A DNA stretch of 64,000 bases from an uncultured Elusimicrobia bacterium (GTDB taxonomy: Bacteria > Elusimicrobiota > Endomicrobiia > Endomicrobiales > CAIRNS01), in contig CAIRNS010000002.1 of NCBI GenBank assembly GCA_903880015.1, positions 82,867-146,866 of the forward strand, written 5' to 3'. The position numbers and the translations under genes are program-made. Of the stretch, positions 39,201 through 48,276 are shown piece by piece (the first letter of the stretch is position 1; every line of letters starts with the position of its first letter). The notes below the pieces were generated by a model. It searched no databases. It was not told where the DNA came from and worked only from the letters and a program-made list of their open reading frames with translations.

Positions 39201-42200
39201 GCCGTTTCCCATCGTCCCCTGACTGATGATGGGACGTATGGTGTATGGCTAATGAATGATCAAGCACATGCCCTTGCTGCTGCTGCGATGCACTGCATGG
39301 ATGGCCTCGGAGAAAAGGAAGCTTTTATTGCCTTATCGATGAAATTTCTTGATGAACAGAGCAAGGCAATGAAGGAACCAATGCCGCAGGAAGCCATGGC
39401 ATTATTTGAACAAAAACTGCGTAGTCAGGTGATGGAAAACGGAGGCCTTGCGTTTGATAGCCAGTTACAGGCATTGCGTTGGATTATTGAACATCATATT
39501 GCGTGGTGGTATGAGGAAGAAGGAGTAAAAAAGGGCATTGATGCCATTTTAAATTTAATAGAATCAGAAGCTCTGTATTCCGCCAAAGCAATAGCGGATT
39601 ATATCGCAGCAGCTGTCGCAGGAAATTCAAGCAATCTCCCCCCTGAGATTCAGCAACTCGTAAACGCACATAAGCGCAGCGGGACATTGCCTGTTCTTCT
39701 TTGGAATCTTTTGGTGCCGGCCGCATTGCATAGGTACTACACGCACAATGATGCCACAACGCGAACATTCAATTTAAAGTTGCACATGCTTAATAATTTT
39801 CTTGCACCAGCAGGCCGTCGTGAGGAGAGCGTATTTGACGATGTTGCCGCAAGCGTCAACATCTTGATGGAGTATCAGAAAAATCTTCCTCCCGCTCAAC
39901 AAAGCAGCCACGCGCTCCTTAAAAGCAATAACCAGGGGAACATGATTTTGGGCGATCCTTTTATTGCCGGCGAGAGATCAAGTCCGGTCACAGCGAACGG
40001 GGATGCAAAAGCGTGGATTGCCTGGAGATACCTAAAAGATTTTCAAGATGCCATATATCAAGAGTACAACCAACCTATGGAAAATGTTTCCGTTGAATAT
40101 ATGGTGTCTGGGAAATGCACAGGAGTTACGATTGTCAGCCAAGGAGTTACTCAATCAATAAACTTTAGGGCAATGGGCCAACATTCATCAAACTCAATGA
40201 TTGGACCCTCAAATTCTTGGATGGAGATGTTGAAAGAATATGTCCCCCAAATATATAAACAGGTCATGGCACTAAAAAGCGCCCAACGGTCCTTGATTAC
40301 CGGGGCGTCCTTGCCGGAGCACATTTCGTATCGCTCCTTGACGGCCGCAGTGACTTATGATAAATGGCGTAATCATGATGATACACAAACAGTTAAAACG
40401 CTTGCCAAGATGGCCATGGCCTGCAACAAAGGCACAGATTATGAAAAGTCACTGGCGCAGATTTCATTTATTTCACTTTCGATGACATTTCTTGGGTCAC
40501 GGAGAATTAATGGGGGAGAGCGCATCCCGAAGGTTCTCGTAGACGTATTTGAAGAGAAACTGACCAAGCAGATGAAGGAAAATGGAGGCCTTTCGTTTAC
40601 AGAAACAGAAACAGCCACAGCCGAAGAACAGGCGATTGACTGGGTCATTGAACACCACATTGCTTGGTGGTATGAGCAAGAAGCCCTCAGGGAGGGGATG
40701 GATGCCGTAACGAAGACCATCAGAAATTATTTTTTTCTGGATTCCTCAAAACATATGATAGCGCTTGCCGTTACATTCTTAACGCAAGCCCCGCACGAAA
40801 TACCAGGCCTTGACGCCGTAATGCCTTTTTATCATCAAGAAGGAAAATGGCCGGTTCTTCTCTGGGACTTTTTGGTGCCGGCAGCGTTGATGCAAGTATA
40901 TAGTCGTCCTGCTGATGAAAACAGGGTGCAAACAACTGCTATGAAATTGCATATGCTTAATGCTTTCCTTTCGCCGGTCGGTCGTAGTAAGGATAGCGGG
41001 ATTGCCGATGTTATCACCAGCGCCGAAACCCTGTATGCGCGCAAGCAAGCGCACAACGGTGATTTAAACTTTTTTGTGGCGCACCCTGGTCTCGGTGATG
41101 TGTCCCCCTCTGAGGCCATGCCGTTCGACGCCATCATGAACTTTGAAATAAATTATCCCACAAGGGAATATGATTTGTCCGAAGATGCCGGATATGCAGA
41201 TGCAGTAATGGCGTTCAGATATCTTCAACAATTTGTGCGCGAAATACAATCAAGAACTGGATTAGAAACCCCCGTGAAATTCCTCTTTTCTCGGGGCCGT
41301 TGTACGGGGATTGTTGTTGCAGATGCCAAGGGAAGCGAACAAGTATTGAGGTTGTCAGCGGGAGAGAAATCCACCGGCTTGGCGACTGTCGTTAAAAACA
41401 TAAAAGATTCTGAGCGACCGTTGACGACCGGCAAGACACATCGCGAGAATGCTAATGATCCATGGGTCAGCTTGTTGGCAAAAAGACTGAATTGGTCTGA
41501 ATCGCGTGTCCGGGAAGTGTTTGTTGCTCCTGCGATGGAAAACAGTTTTTTTTGGGTGGCGCTTGAACAATATGTTCAATTGTGGAAAATATATGGCGCG
41601 GAAGCAGTAACATTTTCTTATGCCGACGGTGCGCTGAAAACTGACATAAAGGATGATCCGGTTTTGACGGCTTTTCTGACGGCTTTTAATGCCATTATTG
41701 AAGCCCATGATCCGATTTCTGGCGCCAGTATGTCTTTGCCGTTTGCTGTGTGGCAGGTACTGCATCAGACAGCCACTTTGGGAATGGTACAATTCGACGC
41801 CAAATATAATAAACAACGGCAAAAATTGGGGAGCGAAGTCCCCGCTGATTTGAAAACTATTGTTAAGGGAACCCAGGGATGGTTCAAACAGCATTTATTT
41901 GATACTCATGTGATTCACAATTATATTCGGACGCTTTTGGACGGTGCACATCGCCTGCCGGAATTTGGGGGCATTGTTCAACAAGTTGCACAAGAAGGGA
42001 CTGTCTCCAAAGAAGCAATCGCCGCGTTGCGCCAAGCCGTGTTGAACCATTTGGATAACCCTAAAGTTTCTGAAGTGGAGCGGTATCGCCCCGAAGTGGT
42101 TAAGGTGATAATGAATGATCAGATGCTCAGCCAGATTCTGCAGGGCGCATCCCGCGTTTATATAGGAGCGCTGGCGCAACTCGGGACTCCGGAAGCAGCT

Positions 42201-44282
42201 TTACAAGCCATGTATGATGAAGCCGAACGGTTGTTCCATGCAGGCACGGGGTTTTCGTCATTGCCCGCTTTGTCCGTCAGCGATTTGTCTGCGGTGTTTG
42301 AGCGGGAACTGAAGCGCTGGGGGGTTGACCCGAAGAGCTTGCTGAAAGGCGATGCAGCACAGGGGATAGTCGATGCGGTTGCTCAAAATCGTGCTCCCGC
42401 TCGCGCACTCGTGCCTACCATTTCCGGTGCGGTGCAGTATGTCATGATTCCGATTGGCATGCCCGCAGACAATGTGGAAAAAAGCCTTGCTGACGCCCGT
42501 GCATTGGCGGAGCAGGGGTTGGATGTGGTTATTATTCGTGACGGGATAAACGCTCCTGGTTTTGAGAAAGCAACAAAATTATCAATCGGACAGACCAATC
42601 AAAATGTGTGGCATAGCGAAGAATATATATCCGGAGAAGGGTCATTGCACACCGTGTATGCGCTTGCAGGGAACGATGCAGTATTGAACGCGACCATGAA
42701 CAATTTTATTGCGGGTCGGTTGCAGTTGTCCGGCATCAGCGGGCGTGCGCCGGGGCTGGTGATAAGCCTCGCAGATCCTTTTGCGCAAGGCCGCACCGGA
42801 GTCCGTCCTGAACAGTGGGCGCTGATGCCGCACAGCCCCGTATGGCGCACAACGATTACGGATTCCATGGATGCATTTCTGCTTGCGGCGGAACAGGCGT
42901 ATACGCTGTCCGGCCAACTCCCGCTGGAACAAGACGCGGCGGCGTGTTACCACCAGCCTATCACTTCAAGACAGCACATTGAAGATCTTTTAAAAAACCC
43001 TGCGTCATTCTGGGAAATTCACTCTAAGAAAGCTACGGTAATAACGCTTGACTTGACAAAGTTGCCCCAGGAAGAGCGGAATGACAAAACATGGGCATTT
43101 GTAAGATGGTATATTATTCGTGTGCATGAAGTTGGTTTGTCCGTTGTTGTCTGCGGATCCCAAAAACTGCTCGACGGGATTGTCCCATCTCTCAACAATA
43201 CCCAGATATCCGGTTATCAGCTGACCGATGTTTCGCCGGAGACCGCGATTCAACAGCTGGAAGAATTTCGTAATTTCATGGCACTGCAGGTAAAAAAGGA
43301 TCTAAATCTCAGTATCCGCAGCACGGACGGCGCTGTCGCGGCACAAGCCAGGGCGTATGGTATCAAAACGGCGGCGATGTGGACGCTGGGCCAGACCGTT
43401 CCGGATGCCGACATCATCATCCGCGATGTAGAGCAAGACGACGCGCCTGAAGTGTCTGTAGAGGCGGCTCGCCAGCAGTTTGCGCAAGTCCGTGCCCGGG
43501 CGCAGTGGGTAGGCGGAACCGCTGCATTCTATGCGCGTTACGGGGCGGCAATCAATAAAGAAACACCGGCCGCAGATACCGTTCTTTCGTTGTGGATGCA
43601 GACCATCCAGGGACTGTTGCGGGACCGGGCGTTCAGCCGTGGCTATGCCGCCGGATGGAAGGCATTCAAAAAACAAAATAGACGCATAGTGGGTAGTCAG
43701 ATAATCCGCGAATACCGGAAAGCAGCATTTGATTTGCGTTCGGGCAATGATGAAATTTCTGGCCAAGCGCGGGGCCTTCTGGAGGCAGCATTGGACACTC
43801 AATTTGAATTTCTTGCCGACACGGTGCGTCCTGCCGCGGTGAAGGCGGCTGCCAATGCGCTCGTTGATCAAGGGTATATACCCAATAACCATCAGAGTGG
43901 TTTTGCCTTTGCGGATGAGCTGGCAAGCGACAACCTGAGAGCATTTGACTATAAACAATTCGGGAAGTTGGTTGTCCCCATGGTTCCCGATATAAAGAAA
44001 GATGATTTAAAAAGGAATATAGAGCAATTATTGAAAGATCCTAATCAGGTGGCAACGCTGTATGCGCCCACAATGGCAATGATTGAACAGCTGATTGCGG
44101 AAACGCAAAGCGAGCGGGATTCCCGCGACGCTCCTAGTCCCCGCAGTATAGCTCTACAGCTGCAGTTGTATCTGTTGTTGCTATACGGCGAACGGCGATA
44201 TGTCAATACGCTCGATGCACTGGCAGGCGACGCCCTCAACGCCATGATAGCCGGCGTTCGCGCCACCCTTCAGGCAGCGTAA
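36288..44282 (+). CDS. Main body (2,664 aa as tracked) of giant protein A: rest of the TIKI/TraB-like head, TM/lipobox segment, beta-rich region, duplicated ~330-aa module and a long unknown tail
   Basis: Uninterrupted frame 3, which is already open from at least 36150. The region 36150-36287 encodes NIAGILKSFDEKFGLSKVYLEGGIGALDTSW, colinear with paralogue C. No known domain was recognised after the head. Confidence 0.75.
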   Translation: MVDTIMDSGRLTGGEYYSLTSGKYTLLAGLEDRGLFFDNIKRLGTIMNTRSELRALYPAIENDLAALKKMYYSTRNNRLDALLTRRADGSVQGDEYYRQLMWLAHKAEVPLSSYPEMSAFMRVKELQKKLNYKKVSTQIATYLSSLKSALSAESYRKLTALTQNETQLSELYVQLQRLSKEKGFALPKGTQALNIFLNFIEENQKINLVVLVAEEKDLIRDIRARFARTVAEQEIGFLSDFFVVAKNYLENKVSAQDYAYYTRTLPLFKSTWAVYAQDGALPALAQYYPLFDAFYAANAERNQRFLKNAFGNLSAVTPAPQGAADQRAVFDQLSNGVKPYAMITGGFHTQGLVNLLAAHGVSYIVVTPNVTRTTVASQKVYDELISAQAKQLPTQTLAAYILANQIQDNDMYPLVIAQAKLTGIAAFDTAYLQALVQKERAKNPEQTIEDFTAALNTELQHLSDRLNETNPSPVTFNLLAVEHVIKILPEGQATDGNKTTPALTTPKTLKTFWFLPRWFVQRFISWLWEAREVQAVVEELAGQFPGTMPFMEYVTPGTKFNAFVGDHLPAKTSENNLNENAKNLNRKVESALMGVAYPAAVAYNLVMNSPLFIGGKFTATVVSGIVQIVLHLRNNWFGKTALTTGVALKRISLLLSMWLAFTMVLAACAPNAMSEKIVRAVPQAYDTRIVTYDILDNPADVGVDKAEVTGEGRQIFLKSSIKIGQSVIVTLRANEAAMPPEAIAIRADEKAEWVFVNAGFQQTPATEIKLLITGPQTEFQWLWLKDPQKLWSVSAIEQGNVALSISQSAAGWQLTDLAGIAAVNPDSKNDQAIMTLTIPFSEKNLGLQEILQQAHGIKIGLQCANCPSDVKVTFVYQGGYTEIMQAVVVAPGNSIALNLVAGQTLQGVTITFPANGRLTGAVTTGTVELTKAVITGVPNPAKTVAATNPSVFDHTRYASVIQRGRSVPIQQAVSHRPLTDDGTYGVWLMNDQAHALAAAAMHCMDGLGEKEAFIALSMKFLDEQSKAMKEPMPQEAMALFEQKLRSQVMENGGLAFDSQLQALRWIIEHHIAWWYEEEGVKKGIDAILNLIESEALYSAKAIADYIAAAVAGNSSNLPPEIQQLVNAHKRSGTLPVLLWNLLVPAALHRYYTHNDATTRTFNLKLHMLNNFLAPAGRREESVFDDVAASVNILMEYQKNLPPAQQSSHALLKSNNQGNMILGDPFIAGERSSPVTANGDAKAWIAWRYLKDFQDAIYQEYNQPMENVSVEYMVSGKCTGVTIVSQGVTQSINFRAMGQHSSNSMIGPSNSWMEMLKEYVPQIYKQVMALKSAQRSLITGASLPEHISYRSLTAAVTYDKWRNHDDTQTVKTLAKMAMACNKGTDYEKSLAQISFISLSMTFLGSRRINGGERIPKVLVDVFEEKLTKQMKENGGLSFTETETATAEEQAIDWVIEHHIAWWYEQEALREGMDAVTKTIRNYFFLDSSKHMIALAVTFLTQAPHEIPGLDAVMPFYHQEGKWPVLLWDFLVPAALMQVYSRPADENRVQTTAMKLHMLNAFLSPVGRSKDSGIADVITSAETLYARKQAHNGDLNFFVAHPGLGDVSPSEAMPFDAIMNFEINYPTREYDLSEDAGYADAVMAFRYLQQFVREIQSRTGLETPVKFLFSRGRCTGIVVADAKGSEQVLRLSAGEKSTGLATVVKNIKDSERPLTTGKTHRENANDPWVSLLAKRLNWSESRVREVFVAPAMENSFFWVALEQYVQLWKIYGAEAVTFSYADGALKTDIKDDPVLTAFLTAFNAIIEAHDPISGASMSLPFAVWQVLHQTATLGMVQFDAKYNKQRQKLGSEVPADLKTIVKGTQGWFKQHLFDTHVIHNYIRTLLDGAHRLPEFGGIVQQVAQEGTVSKEAIAALRQAVLNHLDNPKVSEVERYRPEVVKVIMNDQMLSQILQGASRVYIGALAQLGTPEAALQAMYDEAERLFHAGTGFSSLPALSVSDLSAVFERELKRWGVDPKSLLKGDAAQGIVDAVAQNRAPARALVPTISGAVQYVMIPIGMPADNVEKSLADARALAEQGLDVVIIRDGINAPGFEKATKLSIGQTNQNVWHSEEYISGEGSLHTVYALAGNDAVLNATMNNFIAGRLQLSGISGRAPGLVISLADPFAQGRTGVRPEQWALMPHSPVWRTTITDSMDAFLLAAEQAYTLSGQLPLEQDAAACYHQPITSRQHIEDLLKNPASFWEIHSKKATVITLDLTKLPQEERNDKTWAFVRWYIIRVHEVGLSVVVCGSQKLLDGIVPSLNNTQISGYQLTDVSPETAIQQLEEFRNFMALQVKKDLNLSIRSTDGAVAAQARAYGIKTAAMWTLGQTVPDADIIIRDVEQDDAPEVSVEAARQQFAQVRARAQWVGGTAAFYARYGAAINKETPAADTVLSLWMQTIQGLLRDRAFSRGYAAGWKAFKKQNRRIVGSQIIREYRKAAFDLRSGNDEISGQARGLLEAALDTQFEFLADTVRPAAVKAAANALVDQGYIPNNHQSGFAFADELASDNLRAFDYKQFGKLVVPMVPDIKKDDLKRNIEQLLKDPNQVATLYAPTMAMIEQLIAETQSERDSRDAPSPRSIALQLQLYLLLLYGERRYVNTLDALAGDALNAMIAGVRATLQAA

Positions 44283-44360
44283 AGGTATGCGTATATAGAT
44301 ACAAATGTAATAAAAAGGGAACTATAAAGTGATGGGAAAATTGGTTCTTGTTTCACCCGT

Positions 44361-44864
44361 GTGCTTCGCGTGTTTTCTCAAGCCGGCGATGCAGTGATTT
44401 GTGGGATAGCTGCCGTGAAAACAATAGCCGTTGTTACTATTGTATCGTTTATGATTTCCTCGGTTATCGGGACGGGCTACGCCGCGCTTGTGCCTGAGGC
44501 AGCGGGGTTGCCGTCGATGCCTGTCCTCCAAGCGTCCGCTGATTTTGCGGATGCACTTCACCGTATCGATAGTGCAATACGTGAGAACCGGTCTCTGGGC
44601 AGCATGGTCCCCTATGGCAATGGGGAAATTACTCTCAATGCGCTTATCCGCTCTACGCTCGCGACGCTTGACAAAACGAGCAGGGAGCATGCCGGGACAT
44701 TGGCGCAAGGGACGCCGGTCGAGGGATTGTCTTTGACGCTTGAAGCGATACTGGAACTTCTGGCGATTGCGGATCGCAAGAATCTGTCTGCAATCGAGCA
44801 AATGTCCAACGACGCAGCCAATGCGTTGGTAAAAAATACACAAGACATACTTACTGCCGCATAA
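44361..44864 (+). CDS. Hypothetical membrane-anchored protein (167 aa, GTG start)
   Basis: N-terminal hydrophobic segment IAAVKTIAVVTIVSFMISSVIG. It is followed by a terminator hairpin. No family recognised. Confidence 0.45.
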   Translation: MLRVFSQAGDAVICGIAAVKTIAVVTIVSFMISSVIGTGYAALVPEAAGLPSMPVLQASADFADALHRIDSAIRENRSLGSMVPYGNGEITLNALIRSTLATLDKTSREHAGTLAQGTPVEGLSLTLEAILELLAIADRKNLSAIEQMSNDAANALVKNTQDILTAA

Positions 44865-44916
44865 ACAGGGGCGCAACGCTGCCCAGTAAAAGGTATTGAG
44901 TGATGCATACGCGTGG

Positions 44917-44954
44917 CCTCGGTTGAACTTCATCGTTCAACCGGGGCTTTCTTT
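44917..44954 (+). terminator. Rho-independent terminator
   Basis: CCTCGGTTGAAC (44917-44928), loop TTCATC, then GTTCAACCGGGG (44935-46) with one mismatch, followed by CTTTCTTT. Confidence 0.6.
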
Positions 44955-45004
44955 ATGCGGCTTGACTAATACCATCAATTAGGATACATTCTTCCTTAGG
45001 GATA

Positions 45005-46786
45005 GTGCTGTTGATTCAATATTTTGAGGTGATCTTTCTGTTTAAAAGAATTCTGATAATTATTATTGTATGCATTGTGGGATATTATGTTGTCAGCAGT
45101 GTGATAATAAACCGCGCATATGCGAATTATGTGACCTCGGCTGGGACTGCGCCGACGATGGCGATGCCATTGTCGGTATTTTATGATCATTACGGCCTTA
45201 CGGCATTTTCAATGTATAAGTGGTACGCCCCGCTCTATTATATTTCGGCGGTAACGGCAATAAAGATTGTGGGGAAAAATTGGGCGGGGATGATAGTGCT
45301 TAACAATGGATTCTATCTACTCCTGCTTTTGTTGTTTTCGTATATGCTGGGCAAAACGATTAAAGACGGCTTTGCAGGCATTATTGTTGTGCTGCTGGTG
45401 TTGTTGTATCCTCTGACCTATTTGGGATTTATCACCGTCTGCGTAGATTTTGGGTTAATGGCTTTTATTGTTGCCGCTGTTTATTTTCTGGTGAAGTCGG
45501 CATACTTTAAAAGTACAAAATACAGCATAGCGCTCGGTGCCGCCTGTGCAATGGGTATGCTCGTCAAGAATACCTATGCGGCTTTTATCGTCGGACCGCT
45601 ATTAGTTGGGCTCATCCGTGCGGTTGGGGACTTACAAAACAAAGATTTCAAGAGATTGGGCAATTTGCTTGTGTGCGCAGCCGTAGGTGCTGCCATCATC
45701 GCTCCTTGCTATGGGCATAGTTATATTTTGAACAATTTTTATGAAATATTGGTTTCGGAACCCACGGGATTAAAATGGTATAGTTTTGAAAAAATCAGGC
45801 CGTTTATAATCGGTTTATCAGAATTACAGTTAACCCCCGCATTTTGCATCGTTCTGGTGCTGGGTGGTTATTATTTTATTAAAGAAGCGGGCGGGATGTT
45901 CGCGGCGACTATATTGTCGTGGATAATTATTCCTAACATCATCATGATATTCATGCCGCATTGGGTTACCAGTAGGTACTTCTTGCCGTTGCAGCCCGCA
46001 TACGCGCTCATAAGCATGTACTTTGTGCGCAGAATGGTCATGACAAAGCATGGAAAAGTGATAATGGTGGTATTGTGCGGTTTAGGCATTTTTCAGTATT
46101 ACGAATTTGTCTATAAGAAAGTTGGGATAGAGTCGGCTCACATAGGTGCTACACGCTATTTTTGCAATTATTCCGATCTCAACTCGTCAAATGCGGTGCG
46201 CAGCAAGAACAGCGCGATGCTCGAAGGCATACGGCAGGGAGTATTAAAAAAAATGGTCAAAAATGACGGGAAAGTTCTATTGCAGCGGCACTATATGATC
46301 GGGACAATTCTACAGGAAGGGGATTACAAATGGATTGATTCTGTTTTGGGTGGCTATTTTTGGTTTAACAACATCAATGTCTCAATAGAATTTTCCAATG
46401 TAATTTTTGACACATTCCTTCCCGGCGGGCAACGGATGCCTATTGATTATTTCATGTATTTCTGTGCAACCCCCGGCGCAGGTGTAAGACAATTATTTAA
46501 AGATAATATCCGTATACAAGAAGCTTATATCGGCGATCGCGGCACCAATGTCCCGTATTCCATCCCCTTTGAAGTAATCAAAAACAACTGGGTGTCTCAG
46601 CGGACCGGCGCAAATGATCCCGCAGTGTACAGACGCTATGATTGGACTGCAATAAAAACAGCGTGGGAACAGGATATGTCGCACTACAAAAACACGGGAG
46701 CCGCAATCTATCGCGACGAGCACTATACAGTGTATCTGTTTGAAAAATGTATCCCCGATCAGCCCCGCCCGCGCCGCAGTAATTAA
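45005..46786 (+). CDS. Polytopic membrane protein, possibly a GT-C fold (ArnT/PMT-like) glycosyltransferase; start uncertain
   Basis: About 10-12 TM segments in the first ~370 aa followed by a ~220-aa soluble C-terminal domain. This is the overall architecture of GT-C enzymes, but no catalytic motif was confidently identified. Confidence 0.4.
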   Translation: MLLIQYFEVIFLFKRILIIIIVCIVGYYVVSSVIINRAYANYVTSAGTAPTMAMPLSVFYDHYGLTAFSMYKWYAPLYYISAVTAIKIVGKNWAGMIVLNNGFYLLLLLLFSYMLGKTIKDGFAGIIVVLLVLLYPLTYLGFITVCVDFGLMAFIVAAVYFLVKSAYFKSTKYSIALGAACAMGMLVKNTYAAFIVGPLLVGLIRAVGDLQNKDFKRLGNLLVCAAVGAAIIAPCYGHSYILNNFYEILVSEPTGLKWYSFEKIRPFIIGLSELQLTPAFCIVLVLGGYYFIKEAGGMFAATILSWIIIPNIIMIFMPHWVTSRYFLPLQPAYALISMYFVRRMVMTKHGKVIMVVLCGLGIFQYYEFVYKKVGIESAHIGATRYFCNYSDLNSSNAVRSKNSAMLEGIRQGVLKKMVKNDGKVLLQRHYMIGTILQEGDYKWIDSVLGGYFWFNNINVSIEFSNVIFDTFLPGGQRMPIDYFMYFCATPGAGVRQLFKDNIRIQEAYIGDRGTNVPYSIPFEVIKNNWVSQRTGANDPAVYRRYDWTAIKTAWEQDMSHYKNTGAAIYRDEHYTVYLFEKCIPDQPRPRRSN

Positions 46787-46807
46787 TCAAATATCTTTTG
46801 TTCGTAA

Positions 46808-46850
46808 AAACACCAACCCCGCGCCTCGCAAGGCATCGGGGTTGGTGTTT
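46808..46850. terminator. Bidirectional terminator hairpin between convergent genes
   Basis: AAACACCAACCCCG (46808-46821) pairs perfectly with CGGGGTTGGTGTTT (46837-46850). A/T runs lie on both sides. Confidence 0.7.
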
Positions 46851-46877
46851 AATACATACAGGATGATAGCGTGGAAG

Positions 46878-48242
46878 TTACTGTTTAACGGGGGCCGTAG
46901 CGGGAATAATGACAAACTCAACCCGGTCGTTCGGTGAGTTTCCTGCGGCGCCCGCGGTGACGACCAGCGGAAACATTTCGCCGTAACCGATAGTTTCCAT
47001 AAGAGCCGGCGCAACACCCTCGGAAATGAGGAAGTTTTTTGCCGTAGCCGCGCGTTTCTGCGATAAAACAAGATTATGCTCGGGTGTGCCTACATTATTG
47101 GTGAACCCTTCGACCTTTACTTGTGCGGGTTTAGTATCCTTAATTATTTGCGCGATGCGTTGCAGTAATTGGATATCTTGCTGGCGGATATCTGATTTTT
47201 CTGCATCAAAATTTATTTCCCGTTTGTCGGTGAAAGTCGGCGTGTCGGTTTGTTTTTGTTGCGGTGCGGGCGCGGGAACAATCGCTGCCGGTGTTTTTAC
47301 GGCGGCCACTTTTACCGCTTTCACCGTGCTTTTAGGCGTGCGCGCCGGCAGTCCCCACATAAACGAGCCTTTGATACTGCCGGCAGTTTCATCTATAAAC
47401 CGGCCTTCAAGATTGAGGGAGAACGATTTATACAACGCAATGTCGGCGCCCGCAAACGCGCCCACATTGTTTTTAGCGTACAGCGTCAGCTCCTCGCCAG
47501 CTGCTTGCCAACGGAAGTCAGAATACTTTACGCCCGCATAGTACACGGCGCTCTTGAAGGTTTTTGAGATGAAGGGAGCAATGTGCCATTCCGAAATGGT
47601 AGCGTTGCCGGCATTCCAGTCGGTGGTGTCCGTTGAATATCCCGGAACAAGGTTACCGCTGTGGTTATAAACTTTTGCGGTTGACTCTTTGATGTAATCT
47701 TTTTTGTTCGTCAAATACTGGGCGTCAATGCCGAACACGCGGTCGTTGGTCAATGGGCACAAAATCTTAAACCCTACGCCGCCGGTAAAGGTTGTTTTTT
47801 CGTCCCGGGCCGTAGTTGTCGCGTATGTTCCAAAATTTTCCGGGACCGATGGGTGATTATTTTTCGCCCAAGTACCACTGTTGGACGCACTGAGCATCGA
47901 GGCGCCGTTGGTCACACCCAGTTTCGTATATATGTTCAGGTTTCCGGATACTTGGTAACCAACCTTCAGCATGGTTCTTCCTAAATCCTTTATCGCGTAC
48001 TTGACGACTCCGTACTGGTGCAGATCGCCGGCAACCGTATCCCCGGTTGCGACCGGCACGACTTTAGTGAAATCCTTGTTTTCCAAATCCCGTTTAAAGA
48101 TATAATCCTGCTCAACACCGACAGATAATTTGCCCGGTTTGATGTCCGCCCCCGGTGAGCCGACGCTTGCGCACTGCCCGGATTGTCCTATCCCGAGTAT
48201 CCCTGCCATCACGACCAAGCTTGTCACAAGAAATTTTTTCAT
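46878..48242 (-). CDS. OmpA-family outer membrane protein (N-terminal beta-barrel-like region plus C-terminal OmpA_C peptidoglycan-binding domain)
   Basis: Signal peptide MKKFLVTSLVVMAGILG. The C-terminus INFDAEKSDIRQQDIQLLQRIAQII...VEGFTNNVGTPEHNLVLSQKRAATAKNFL...NDRVEFVI is the OmpA_C pattern. Confidence 0.85.
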   Translation of the reverse strand: MKKFLVTSLVVMAGILGIGQSGQCASVGSPGADIKPGKLSVGVEQDYIFKRDLENKDFTKVVPVATGDTVAGDLHQYGVVKYAIKDLGRTMLKVGYQVSGNLNIYTKLGVTNGASMLSASNSGTWAKNNHPSVPENFGTYATTTARDEKTTFTGGVGFKILCPLTNDRVFGIDAQYLTNKKDYIKESTAKVYNHSGNLVPGYSTDTTDWNAGNATISEWHIAPFISKTFKSAVYYAGVKYSDFRWQAAGEELTLYAKNNVGAFAGADIALYKSFSLNLEGRFIDETAGSIKGSFMWGLPARTPKSTVKAVKVAAVKTPAAIVPAPAPQQKQTDTPTFTDKREINFDAEKSDIRQQDIQLLQRIAQIIKDTKPAQVKVEGFTNNVGTPEHNLVLSQKRAATAKNFLISEGVAPALMETIGYGEMFPLVVTAGAAGNSPNDRVEFVIIPATAPVKQ

Positions 48243-48276
48243 AGTTGATTCTCCCTTTTATCCTACGCTTCGATAG

